Part shown: positions 11,849 to 22,868 of the stretch, in pieces | Layout: each line of letters starts with the position of its first letter | How positions within the stretch are numbered: position 1 is the stretch's first letter | Origin: Batkoa obscura | Lineage: Eukaryota | Direction of reading: 5' to 3' | DNA length: 64,000 nucleotides | NCBI GenBank assembly: GCA_030770535.1 | Contig: JASVEC010000001.1 | Location: 2,356,001 to 2,420,000, forward strand | Notes under the pieces: model-generated | What the model saw: the letters and a program-made list of their open reading frames with translations, nothing else | Told to the model about the DNA's origin: nothing | Database searches by the model: none | Made by a program: the position numbers and the translations under genes

Positions 11849-12982
11849 TTAATACTTCCTGCCCCCACCACCTAGCAAATTTAATTTCTTTAAGTCAACG
11901 TGAACCAATTGACCATCATTCAATACATTAACATTTAATTTAGCGTCAGCGATTCCATCAACAACAGCTTTAATATCAGCATCAGCTACACCATTCTCAC
12001 CTAATACATTAGTTTTGGCATCAGCTTTAGCAACATCAGCAACATTGGCTTTAGCTTTAACATCAGCTACACCATTTTCACCTAATACATTAGCTTTGAC
12101 ATCGGCTTTAGCAATATCTGCAACATTGGCTTTGACATCAGCATTAGCAACTCCATCTTTTCCTAATACATTAGCTTTGACATCAGCTTTAGCAACATCA
12201 GCAACGTTGGCTTTGACATCAGCATTAACTAGCCCCTTTTTGGAGAGTAAATCGGCAATTATGTCGGCTTTAATTAAATCATTAACAACACTAGCTTTAA
12301 TATCCAAGTTAGCAAGTGCTTTATCTTTACTTAAAAGGTCAAGGAGGATTTGAAATTTCAGTAAATCAATATCACTAACTTTAATATCAGTACCAATTGA
12401 TATTGGTAGAGCCTTATGCTCTGGTTGCGAGTCTTTGGATAGATTAATTTGATCTTTTTTAAGTTGAGATTGATATTTTTGTGCTTCGTCACCTTGAGGT
12501 TGAATTTCTTCAGGGTTTTTTTTGGATAGACTATTTTCTTCTGATTTGTTTTCTTGAGGTTTAACTTCTTGAGGTTTATTTTCTTGAGATTTAGTTTCCT
12601 TAAGCTTGTTTTCTTGAGGTTTGTTTTCTTTTGATTTATTTTCTTGAACCTCAATTCCCTCAGGTTTGATATCTTGGGGCTTATTTTCTTGAAGCTTGTT
12701 TACTTCCAATTTGTCTTCTTGAGGTTTATCTTGATGCTTATTATCTTGAAGTTGAAGTTGAGGCTTTATCTCTTCAGGTATTTTAGCTGAGTTTTCAGCT
12801 TGATATTTATTATTATCATTGCTACTGGGTTTCAAAATGGGTTGATTTTCAATAGTAGCAATATTTAATAGATTAGATTCAATTGAATTTAGATTTAACA
12901 ATTCATTATTATTGCTAGTTTCATGAGATGCAATATTAGTTATAAAAGAAAGCAATACTAAAGTTATGTAAATGTTTTTCAT
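11849..12982 (-). CDS. Beta-repeat family protein F (377 aa, secreted, KPQEN spacer)
   Basis: MKNIYITLVLLSFITNIAS signal; KPQEN-type pentamers; ALPISIG; 27-aa repeats; ends GGGGRKY. Confidence 0.9.
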   Translation of the reverse strand: MKNIYITLVLLSFITNIASHETSNNNELLNLNSIESNLLNIATIENQPILKPSSNDNNKYQAENSAKIPEEIKPQLQLQDNKHQDKPQEDKLEVNKLQENKPQDIKPEGIEVQENKSKENKPQENKLKETKSQENKPQEVKPQENKSEENSLSKKNPEEIQPQGDEAQKYQSQLKKDQINLSKDSQPEHKALPISIGTDIKVSDIDLLKFQILLDLLSKDKALANLDIKASVVNDLIKADIIADLLSKKGLVNADVKANVADVAKADVKANVLGKDGVANADVKANVADIAKADVKANVLGENGVADVKAKANVADVAKADAKTNVLGENGVADADIKAVVDGIADAKLNVNVLNDGQLVHVDLKKLNLLGGGGRKY

Positions 12983-13664
12983 TTTAGGTTATGGATTATT
13001 AGTTGTTGTTATAAAGTATTAATGAAATATTATTATTATATTATTGAAGTTCAAATAAAACTATAAGTTAAATATTAAGATAGCCAATATTTCAGAGTAT
13101 TTATACTATCCTTTTATGTTGTATTTTAATCAATTCCTTGTTTTATAAATCATATTGAATGAACTTTAAAAGGTTCCTTTTTGATAATAAAAATTAAGTG
13201 GGATTTATTTCCTTCCACCAAATTGTTATTGATTTTTTTAAAGAGGAGAGATACTCATCCTAACAAACAATATTTTACTTTAGTAATTGTTATTTATTTC
13301 TATTTTTGTTATAAATAATTTGAGCGGAAAATAACCTATTAGTTAAGTTCAAAATGGTATTGTTATCAACACTAATACTTTTTTAATTTTACAGTAGTTT
13401 TTAATCCAAAGTAATAATATTAAGATTTTTATTAGTGTTAGTGTCAAGAGTACTATTTTTTATTGTGAACTCTAGTCGATATTTTTTATCATTGTGAAGC
13501 TAATTTCTTTATTATAAAATTATGAATCTTTGTAGGAATTTTTTTACATATATTGATTTTTTAAAGCTAAAACAAAAATATGTATCAAACTTGGATGGCT
13601 ACTAATAATTATTAAAGTTTCAAAAGTCGATATATAATCTTGATAACCTTCAATATCAATTTTT

Positions 13665-14520
13665 ATAAAAAAACCACTTCTTTTTTCCAATCTATTTTTA
13701 TAACATATTAATCAGATAACTGATTCCACTATTTACGATTTAGCAAGGATAAATGAAATTTATATATATATATAGAATTCTAACATTGGATTATAAGATA
13801 ACGACAGGCAGCATATATTACCCGGATTGAATTAAAAGGTAATCTAATCAATCAAGATTCTAAGAGTTAATTTGTAAAATTGGTAAATGAAACTATTTGT
13901 TCTTATAAAAAACCTCTCAACTTTTAGGACCCTTTTTATAACTTATTAATAATAGGTGTGGATTTTATTACACTATTTTTTACACTATGAATCTAATTGA
14001 TATTCCATTTATTAATATTAGGATTCAGAAAGTGTTAAAATACAAATAAGTAATTACAGTTACTAAAACTAATATATAAAATTACTAATTCAAACCATTT
14101 ATTCCAATAAAAAAGCCACTTCTTTCATTACTGTTTTTATAACGTATTAGCTAAAGATAGCATACTGTGAGTTATTTTCAATATTAATTTGAATCAATGA
14201 AATGTTCTACCTATTAGAAATTTAATAATACTAAATAATAAAATAACGATAGCTAATACCTTTCAACAACTCTAATATATAAAATAAACAGCTTCAAACT
14301 TTTATTCTATTGAAAAAACCACTTCTTTTATCACCCCTTTCTGTAACATATTAAAGAAAGATAATATTGGGATGTATTTTTGTGTTTAAGAATTTTACTA
14401 ATAAATTTTTCGCTTAAATAGCGCTTAAAGAATGGAAAAAATAATGAAGTCAAAAAAACACTCTCATATATTGTAAGTTATTATCAATATTAATTATTAC
14501 AATTGAAATATTATCACAAT
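13665..14520. repeat. Degenerate ~200-240-bp tandem non-coding repeat (4 copies; a fifth near 9064)
   Basis: AAAAACCACTTCTTT...TT(T/C)TATAAC(A/G)TATTA...AGATA core near 13668, 13908, 14110, 14313 and 9064. Confidence 0.65.
14368..14465 (+). mobile_element. MITE family 1 copy inserted in a local repeat unit
   Basis: ATAT/ATAT flanks; paralogous empty site at ~14153-14190. Confidence 0.88.
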
Positions 14521-14897
14521 TAAAAGTATGTAAATTTATAGAATTACAATAATGAAAATCATACAGTATTAAATGAAATTAATTTGAATTCAAAAAAATG
14601 TTAAATGCTAAAAAATATTCAAAATCATTATCATAATTGATAGCTTTTGCTCTTTTCTTTAAAAGTTTTTAATTATTTATAAACCAAATTAACAAAGTAT
14701 CTTAAAAGTCAATAAATTAATATGTTTTTGCTGTAAATTTTACAATGTTTTATTAATATTTAAGCAAGAAAGAGCATTTTTAATCCACTTAATAACCCAT
14801 TCCACTTTCATTTTGAATTATTTATTAATTTTTTAATATCAGTTTTAATTCTCATCATCTAATAAAATTTAGTTTTTTCAAATGGACTTAAAACAAT

Positions 14898-15362
14898 TTA
14901 GCATCTCTTCAATACATTAGCACTAGCTTTAATATTAGCTTCAACGATATCAGCAGCATTAAGCTTAATATTAGCATCAATCACACTATCTTTACCTAAT
15001 ATACTAGCTTTAAGTTGAGCATTAGTTTTAATCTCAGTAGCAATTAAACCATTTTTTGATAGCTCATAGATATAGATGGTGACTTTGATTAAATTATTCA
15101 ATTTATTAAGTTTATTTTACAGGTTAATAGAATCATCATCTTGAATTAAACCATTGAGTTTCATTAATTGTATTAAATCAAGATTACTTAATTGAAGATA
15201 TGTAGGTAAATTAGCTTGTTTAGGTTGAAGATTTTGGGATTTGACACTATAAATTTTGTTATGATAAGATTGATTATCATGAGGTTTAACACTTTGAGAT
15301 TGATAAGTTTGAGATTGAGTAGATTGAGTAGATTGAGGTACTATTTCAGTTGGTTTAATTAA

Positions 15363-15407
<45 letters not shown>

Positions 15408-15614
15408 GAAGTTGACTTCTTGTGTTAATTTATTATCTGTTATTTGATTATCTGTTATTTGATTATCTGTTTCTGAATAATAAATGTTATGACTAAACCT
15501 TGATTTATGAGGTTTTGGTATAGAATCCTTTTGAATAGATGGAATATTAGGTACAAATGAAGTTGTAATAGTTATTAAATAAAAGAATGATAAGATAATA
15601 GAATTGATTTTCAT
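14898..15614 (-). pseudogene. Family member G: diverged copy interrupted by an in-frame TAA at 15117-15119
   Basis: ORFs 15117-15614 and 14898-15101 are in the same frame. DDDSINL*NKLNKLNNLIKVTIYIYELSKNGLI aligns without gaps to DKGLANLNVKANVLNDLVKADILADVLSKKGLI of protein C. Confidence 0.75.
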
Positions 15615-15826
15615 ATTTTTAGAAACAGAGTAAAATTAATTAATAGATATTGAAAAGGAAAAATAGGAAAATAGAAAACTATTAAGTTAGTTAATATGAA
15701 TGTCAAGTTTGGACTATTTATATCATCTTTTTTTAAAATCATTGAAGAATAAACTCAGTTATTTATTATATGAATTTAATGGCTTTTTTAAGGGGTTTTA
15801 TAATTTATTTTTAATAACATTCAAAT
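15116..15826 (-). repeat. Right arm of 711-bp identical inverted duplication
   Basis: Reverse complement of 10198-10908. Confidence 0.93.
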
Positions 15827-15945
15827 GCAACTTGAGTTGCTCTTTTTTTATAAAGTTGATTTTGATAATCAATATGAACTTAATTATAACAGAACTAATA
15901 TTATCCATTTTATACTAATTTTCATGTTAAAGTAATAAAATGAAT

Positions 15946-16044
15946 GGGGATGTATTTTTGTATTTAAGAATTTTACTAATCACTTTTCTGCTCAAATGTA
16001 CTTAGAAGATAGAAAAAGTAATAAAGCCAAAAAAAAACATCCCC
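15946..16044 (+). mobile_element. MITE family 1 copy with GAAT target duplication
   Basis: GAAT-GGGGATGT...ACATCCCC-GAAT. Confidence 0.9.
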
Positions 16045-16084
16045 GAATGTTAAATTTATTCTATTTTAGAAAATTTAACTATAA

Positions 16085-16180
16085 AGGGGTGTTTTTTTAG
16101 CTTGATTACTTTTTCCATCTTTTAAACATTATTTGAGTGGAAAAATGATTAGTAAAATTCTTAAACAAAAATACATCCCC
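16085..16180 (-). mobile_element. MITE family 1 copy
   Basis: Reverse orientation, 40 bp from the previous copy; ends AAAAATACATCCCC. Confidence 0.85.
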
Positions 16181-16294
16181 GTACATTTTTAGTATATAAA
16201 ATTTAGCTATTACTTGAGATCTTATAAGAAATAGTTTAATTGATTGTTTAGTTTTTTGGTTTTTTTTAATATTTAAATATTAAAATTTAGATGG

Positions 16295-16758
16295 TGTGAA
16301 ATATCGCTTTGTTAGTCCCATGGTTAATTATAGCATAACAATCACCTAAACTGTTGTGTTCTCAAGCTCAGAGAAAATCAATTCCACGTTCTTAGTTTGA
16401 TTTGCTATGAGAATTTCTAGCTCCATCCCGAAGAACATTATCTTCTCATTTTGATATTTATACTTTTCAGAGTATAAAAGAGTTTACAGAGTATAGTAGT
16501 TCGAGGCTTTTTAACTGAATTATTCCCTGATATCTCGAACATTTAATAAAGCCACTAAGTTTTGTTAATAGTATTTTACATAGATTTTACATTAGTATTG
16601 TCTATTCTATTTGTCTTATATAACTTGCAATCTATTATGTGCTATTCCTCATAATCCAAGTCTATCTTAGTCACATGAACTAAGACCTTTCGACTTATAG
16701 TGTAATCAGCCAGGCAATAGCTGTTCTTGACTCCAAACACTGAGTACTAGATTTCACA
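16295..16758 (+). mobile_element. Probable solo LTR (464 bp)
   Basis: Starts TGTGAAAT, ends ATTTCACA; internal TATAAAA (~16473) then AATAAA (~16545); flanks ATGG/ATAG; less AT-rich than surroundings. Confidence 0.65.
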
Positions 16759-17096
16759 ATAGTTAGCATAATATTATTGAAGTTTTATTTTAATAAAAAG
16801 CAATAAAAATTGGAAATAAACTTAATTGAAATTATAAAACTTCAGTTTATAGACTTAATGACTTAAACATGTATTCTTCTAAAAAAAAAAATACTCAATT
16901 TCATTACCCTTTTTATAATGTTTAATAATAATGTTCTACTATTTCTAATTTCAATAGCAATAAAGTAACTTTCTAATTGGCTAAAAGCAAAATTAAAAAT
17001 ATACAAAATAACAATAATTAGTATACATTACTAAAGTTAAATTAAAAATTAAAGTTAAAATTATTTTTTAATATTATAGTAAAAAATAACAATCAG

Positions 17097-17145
17097 TTTT
17101 TATTTTATTTTATTTTATTTTATTTTATTTTATTTTATTTTATTT
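17097..17145. repeat. (TTTTA)n microsatellite
   Basis: Direct reading. Confidence 0.9.
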
Positions 17146-17221
17146 AAAAAAAAAACTTTCAATTTTTATCATTCTTTTTCTATATCAATTGCATTCAATT
17201 TCATTGTTTTTGCCTTTAATC

Positions 17222-18617
17222 CTATCCAAACACTGCCCTCTCCATACCATTTGCAATTTTAATGTCAATTAAACTCAATTTATTCAAATTAAATAAAAAA
17301 TAATATTGAGTAATGTTTTCACCGGATAATGAATAATAATGTAGTTTATCTTCATTATTTTCATTTTTTATATTATTTTTATAATACCAACTAATAATGC
17401 TATCTTCAAAACCATACATAGTGAAGCTGAGGAAAGGAATAGATTGAGTGGAATTATTCTGTTGAATTATTTTTATTAAAAGACTATTATATGTATAAAT
17501 TAATTAATTAATTAATTAATAATAATAATATTATTATGCTATATTATCAAAATACTATTTATAAATTACCTTAGTTCTTCTAATATACTTTCCATTTGAT
17601 AATAAGATAAATAACCATTCCAATGTAATTTAATAACTTCACCAGTACTTTCATTATTATTATCATTAATTACTGTATTATTAATACTATTAGAGATAAT
17701 ACCACTCCACTCAATTATATCTTCTATATTATTTAAATAATCTAATATTTGATTATTCTTAGTTTCTGGCAACACTGTTTCCCATATTGGTTCATAATTA
17801 CATTTCATAATATATTTTTTTATTTCAACTGTATCTTTCATTTCAGTTATTAATTTACTAATATTCATATCTTCTTTCGTTTCTATTATATTAAGATTAA
17901 ATTATTTATTATTATTATTATCATTTATTATTGTTTATCATATTACCTTCGTCAACAAAAGTCATTAAAAAGGGAATATTTTTATTAAATACATTTTCAA
18001 AACAGTTTACTACTCTCTTATAATAACTACTCTCTTCATTTAATTCTTCACTCTTTAAATCCAATTTAACAATAAACCTTTCTATTGAATTATTATCTAT
18101 CTTTATTTTTTTACCTATTAATCCCAGTTGATAATAAGTATCTTTTGATAAATTTAAATATAACATCGAATTATTATCAATACAAAAAGTATCTTCCGTT
18201 TCGTTATTAATGGAATAGCTTTTAGCTGATACAACGCCTTTTTGTAAATAATAATAAAATATATTTTTATAGCTAATATCTTTCGTTTTCGGCTTTAGAA
18301 ATTCTACTAAATTTAAATTAATTAAATAGTAATTATATTCTTTTTGTTTTAATTGATCTATTATTTCCATAATTTCGGAGCCATATTCAATATTGTTTCT
18401 GTTTATTTTTGGTACTTGTATTTCTATCTTTTTTTTTAAACTATTAAATATTAGTTAATTAATAAATTCTATATTGTATTACTTGATGTAAATAAGGCTG
18501 TATCTTATTCATATTCATATTCATATTAACATTTCCATCTTCATCATTGATTGATTCTTCATATTGAATTATGGCTTTACTATAAACATCTTTTTTTAAA
18601 TTTAAATAATGTGTCAT
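17222..18617 (-). CDS. RPP40: RNase P/MRP subunit Rpp40-like, multi-exon
   Basis: LYLNLSKDTYYQLGLIG and FTMYGFEDSIISW...SGEN resemble Rpp40 motifs. ATG at 18617 inferred; ORF fragments joined by short introns. Confidence 0.7.
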
Positions 18618-18820
18618 TTTTGTAATAGAATAATACTAATATTTAAAGTATTAAAATTCCAAATTAAACTTGGATCTTTTTTTATTCCTCAACTAATTTT
18701 TACTTCCCATAATAATCTATAGAATCCATTTCTAAATCTCAATTCTTATTAATTTGATATCAAATTATTTAATTAAAATTTCATTTTAACTATATAAAAT
18801 AGAACTCTATAATTTTAATA

Positions 18821-20161
18821 ATGCTTAGAAATTTAAGATTAATTAAAACCAACCCAATCTCGTCATTACTCACCTCCACCCAAAGGATACGTTATTATTC
18901 TTCAGACCCAATTAACACTACCAATACTACCACTGAAGTTAAAAGTGATGCTTCTATTAATGCATTATTAGCTCGTCTCAATATTAATTTTACTGATAAG
19001 CAAATCATTGAACAAGTTATTACCCATAAATCTTATTTATTAGGAAAAACTAGTACTAATGATAGATTACGTTATTTAGGTAATATAATATAATATAATA
19101 TAATATAATAAATAATAATCTTCTATTTATAAACTAGGTAAAAAAGTATTAGGTCTTTACCTTTCGGAATATTATTATATCAAATATCCCAATTTACCTG
19201 TTAATACTATTGAAGATATATTAAGAGTGCATTATGATCCTTACGCATTATCCAAGATTGGACAAGGTTTTGGTTTAGCACCATTGATTCGTTATAAAGA
19301 AGAACAGGTAATTTTATTATTCCATTATTATTTATATTGATTTCAATGTTAATTTTTTAATATTATTTGTAATAGAGTGAGGGAGAACAAATTGTAGGAT
19401 TTAATAAGATATTAGGAAAATCAGTCCAAGCTTTAATTGGTGCTATTTATCATGATAAGGTAATGATAAATTAATTAACTTTTATTAAAATATTAAATTT
19501 AATTCAATAGGGTGCAGTAGCTACTAAAGAATTTATTCATCAACATTTATTAAGTAAAGAAGTAGATGTGAATAGTTTATTACCATTAGCAACTCCAAAA
19601 AAAAGTTTAGTTTCATTATTAAAAATTAAAAATAAACCGGAACCAGTATCAAGGTAAGTAATAAAAACAATCATTATGATAATAAATAGTAAATACATAA
19701 AAGTGGATGAAAGAAAGTTGAATATAGAAAAAGACAGACGGAAATGATAGAATGAAATTAAATGAATTTGTATTAATTAATAATTTATTTTATTTAGATT
19801 ACTTAAAGAGACAGGTAGATTATCTAATCGACCAGTATTTGTAGTTGGTGTTTATTCCGGTGATGTTAAATTAGGAGAAAGTAAATTTCAATTAGAATAA
19901 TATTCAAATACAAATAACTAATAACATCTTTAATTTAGGTTATGGCTCCTCTCTTAAAATGGCCGAGTTTAGAGTAAACTAATTAAACTCAATAATGATA
20001 ATGATGATAATAACGATTTTATTAATTAGGCCTGTAAAGACGCATTGATTCGCTATTATTTAACGGAATTAAAAGATTTCCAATTACCCTCAGATACTTT
20101 AGAAGAAGATGAACTTACTTTTTTTCCAACTAAAATTTCAGACGCTCCATCTAGAATCTAA
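18821..20161 (+). CDS. MRPL3: Mitochondrial ribosomal protein mL44 (RNase III-like + dsRBD), multi-exon
   Basis: Presequence-like N-terminus; ITHKSY...NDRLRYLG; spliced [45 protein letters not shown]. Confidence 0.88.
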
Positions 20162-20560
20162 AAGATAAATCTGAATAGAAAAAATATAAATGCATCGGGT
20201 GAACATTTTTAATAATTATAGACAAATTTTTTTATTATTAAAAATTAAAAATTAAAAAGGTGATTAAAAATTGAGAGTTTTTTTAAATGAATTTTTAAAG
20301 TTTATTAATGATAATAGATAGATTTTATTATAAATTTTGAAACTAGTTGAACAACTTGATCTTATAAAAGTAAAAAATATAGACTTAATAATAGTTATTA
20401 AGAATTCAATTAACCCAATATAACTTTCATTTCATTAAATTATTACTATAATATATCTTCATTCAAATCTTATATTTGACTTGAAAATTACTTTGAATTG
20501 ATTTTTCATACAGTAAAAATTTGTTATTTAATATTAGTTTGAAATTATAAAAAGGATATG

Positions 20561-20583
20561 TGCGCCCACCGCGGATTGAACGC

Positions 20584-20627
<44 letters not shown>

Positions 20628-20633
20628 AGCCGC
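20561..20633 (-). tRNA. tRNA-Phe(GAA), intronless
   Basis: GCGGCTA TA GCTC AGTTGGGA GAGC G TCAGA CTGAAGA TCTGA AGGTC CCGCG TTCAATC CGCGG TGGGCGC A. Confidence 0.93.
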
Positions 20634-20725
20634 AATTTTCCTACAAATTTAATTTTTTTTAAATATATAAAGCTTAACATTTTATGATAAAATTACTATT
20701 GTAATTTTAACATGAAATAATGCAT

Positions 20726-20825
20726 GGTGATGTATTTTGTATTTGAAAATTTCACCAACAGTTTTTTTTATTCAAATGGCACTTAAGAATAAAAAAGTGA
20801 TGAAAGCCAAAAAAAAAACACCCCC
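20726..20825 (+). mobile_element. MITE family 1 copy
   Basis: GGTGATGTATTTTG...AAAACACCCCC; flanks GCAT/ATAT. Confidence 0.8.
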
Positions 20826-21172
20826 ATATATTAAAAGATTTAAGATTTTTTATTTTTATTTTTATTAATTTAAAGCCCTTTGTTAATAAATATATCATAC
20901 GTTATTATTATAGCTAATTAATAGGTTTTTATATACTTTTATAAGTGGCATTGTGGTGATATAAATAATAATTTTATTTTAGTCAAAATTCTTGATTAGT
21001 CCTTAATAAATTTAGTTGTTTAATTTAAATTCACTTTATTTCTTTTGAATTTTCTAAATTTGTTATTTTGTATCATTAATCAAATTCAACTAACTCAATT
21101 TAATAAACAATTAATAAAGACTATCAATATTCAATTAAAATAGAATACAACTTAATTATTATATTTTGAACA

Positions 21173-22868
21173 ATGACTTCCAATACTTCAATCTCATCTT
21201 ATCCTGAATCTGAAATCTTTGTCCCTAGTAACTGGCAATATATTCAAGAAGGCAATGAAAACATTGTATTAGGTTATATTGGAATTAACTCAAAATTAGT
21301 AAGCTATATTGAAATTTGATAATAATAATAAAAAGAAAAATTAAGAGTTAACTTTTACAGAATAATTTAATACTACGATTAACAAAAACTGGTAATAAAG
21401 AAGATATTGTTAAGGATCCTATAAAAATCAAAATATTTAAAGACATTATAGTGACTTCACTCATAGGAGAAGATTATTTACCATTTAATGTAAGTCAAAC
21501 ATAACGTTCATATAATAACCCATCTATTTTAGTAACCTCAATATTCTATTAGTTATTCCTTCAACCAACTATCGGGTTTATTAAATCCATAGATGATCAA
21601 ATCTATTTATCTAGACCCCAATTTAGAAGAAACAAACGATTAAACTGGAATGCTAAATATATATTTTTAAGTCAAAATTTATTAATGATTTATAAAAGTA
21701 TACCGTTAAGAAAGGGAAATACATTAAGCATAGAAATTAAAGTAAGTTGATTGATATTAATAATAATGATTTAAGCATTAAATTAAATATTATCCTTTTT
21801 TAATTAGCCAAAATGGGGTTTTCTGCCTACTTCTAGATATATTTTGGAACAAAATAAGATCAAATTAACTAAATGTCGATTTTGTTTACATCAAGAATTT
21901 AAATTGTTATCAGGAAATAAAACAAAAAGTGAATATTGTCCAATGGATCTTTATTCACAGAATATTGATAAGATCAAATGTAGTCTTAGTCAATTAATTC
22001 AAACTCCACAAAATAACTTGAGGTTATTCAGGGATGGAATAGAAATAGAGGTGAAAGAGGTGAAATGAATTTATTTTAAATTTATTGAAATATTGTATTA
22101 ATAATTTATTTATTTATAGGCATTTGACTTACTATCACTTGATTTTAATATTTCATCTGAAGTGTAAGTTTAATCATCTGTATTTTATTTATTTATATTA
22201 AATTATTTTATTTATGAAGAAATATCAAACAATTTTTTATTTGTTTAATATCTGTTATATTATTAAATGATAAATTATTATATAAATTAAAATTAGCTCA
22301 ATTAAAATTAGATAAATATGATATTGAAGGAATTTATCAACTAAAAGAGAAATTAGAAAATAAACAAATCGAAGAACCAATAGAAAAAGATTGGTTAAAT
22401 GTAATTGAAAGTTTAAATAGTAAGTTTTTAGAATTTAAATTTTATTTTTATTTTTATTTTTATTTTATTTATAGATAATAATGAACTTAATAAAAATATT
22501 AATCTTACGGATGATAATGATATATTAACTGCAATTTATGCATTTATTGCTTCTTTAAGTTTTAAAGATTGTTCAATTTTATTAACTATTCCATTAATTA
22601 GTAACGATTCTATAAAGTAAGTTTCCTTTTATATTCTCTATTACTCTAATAGCTATTAATACTTAATATTCTTAGTTTTGATAGTAACTTATTAAAAAAC
22701 ATTGATAAAGAGATGTTCAGAGATGAATTAATATTAAAAGATTGGCTAAAAAATAAAGATAAGATTTATTATCAATTAGGTGTTGTTGATTTAGATCCAA
22801 AGTCCCATATGAAATTAGATCATTATTATCAATTAGATCAAAATATTGTTAAAGCTAATATCAAATAA
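21173..22868 (+). CDS. IPK1: Inositol-pentakisphosphate 2-kinase, multi-exon
   Basis: Motifs in order across exons: YIQEGNENIV, IEIK|PKWGFLP, CRFCLHQ, YCPMDLYS, PQNNLRLF, SFKDCSI, VVDLDPK. Confidence 0.9.

Noticed and set aside
548..12654. Antisense and alternate-frame ORFs over the family genes (e.g. 953-1297, 5620-6123, 7148-7666, 7707-8468, 7729-8523, 12015-12353)
   Set aside because: Shadows of repetitive, codon-biased real genes.
13351..13460. Imperfect inverted repeat (AAAATGGTATT..AACACTAATA / TATTAGTGTT..AGTACTATTTT)
   Set aside because: Could be an old MITE, but it is too degenerate and single-copy here to call.
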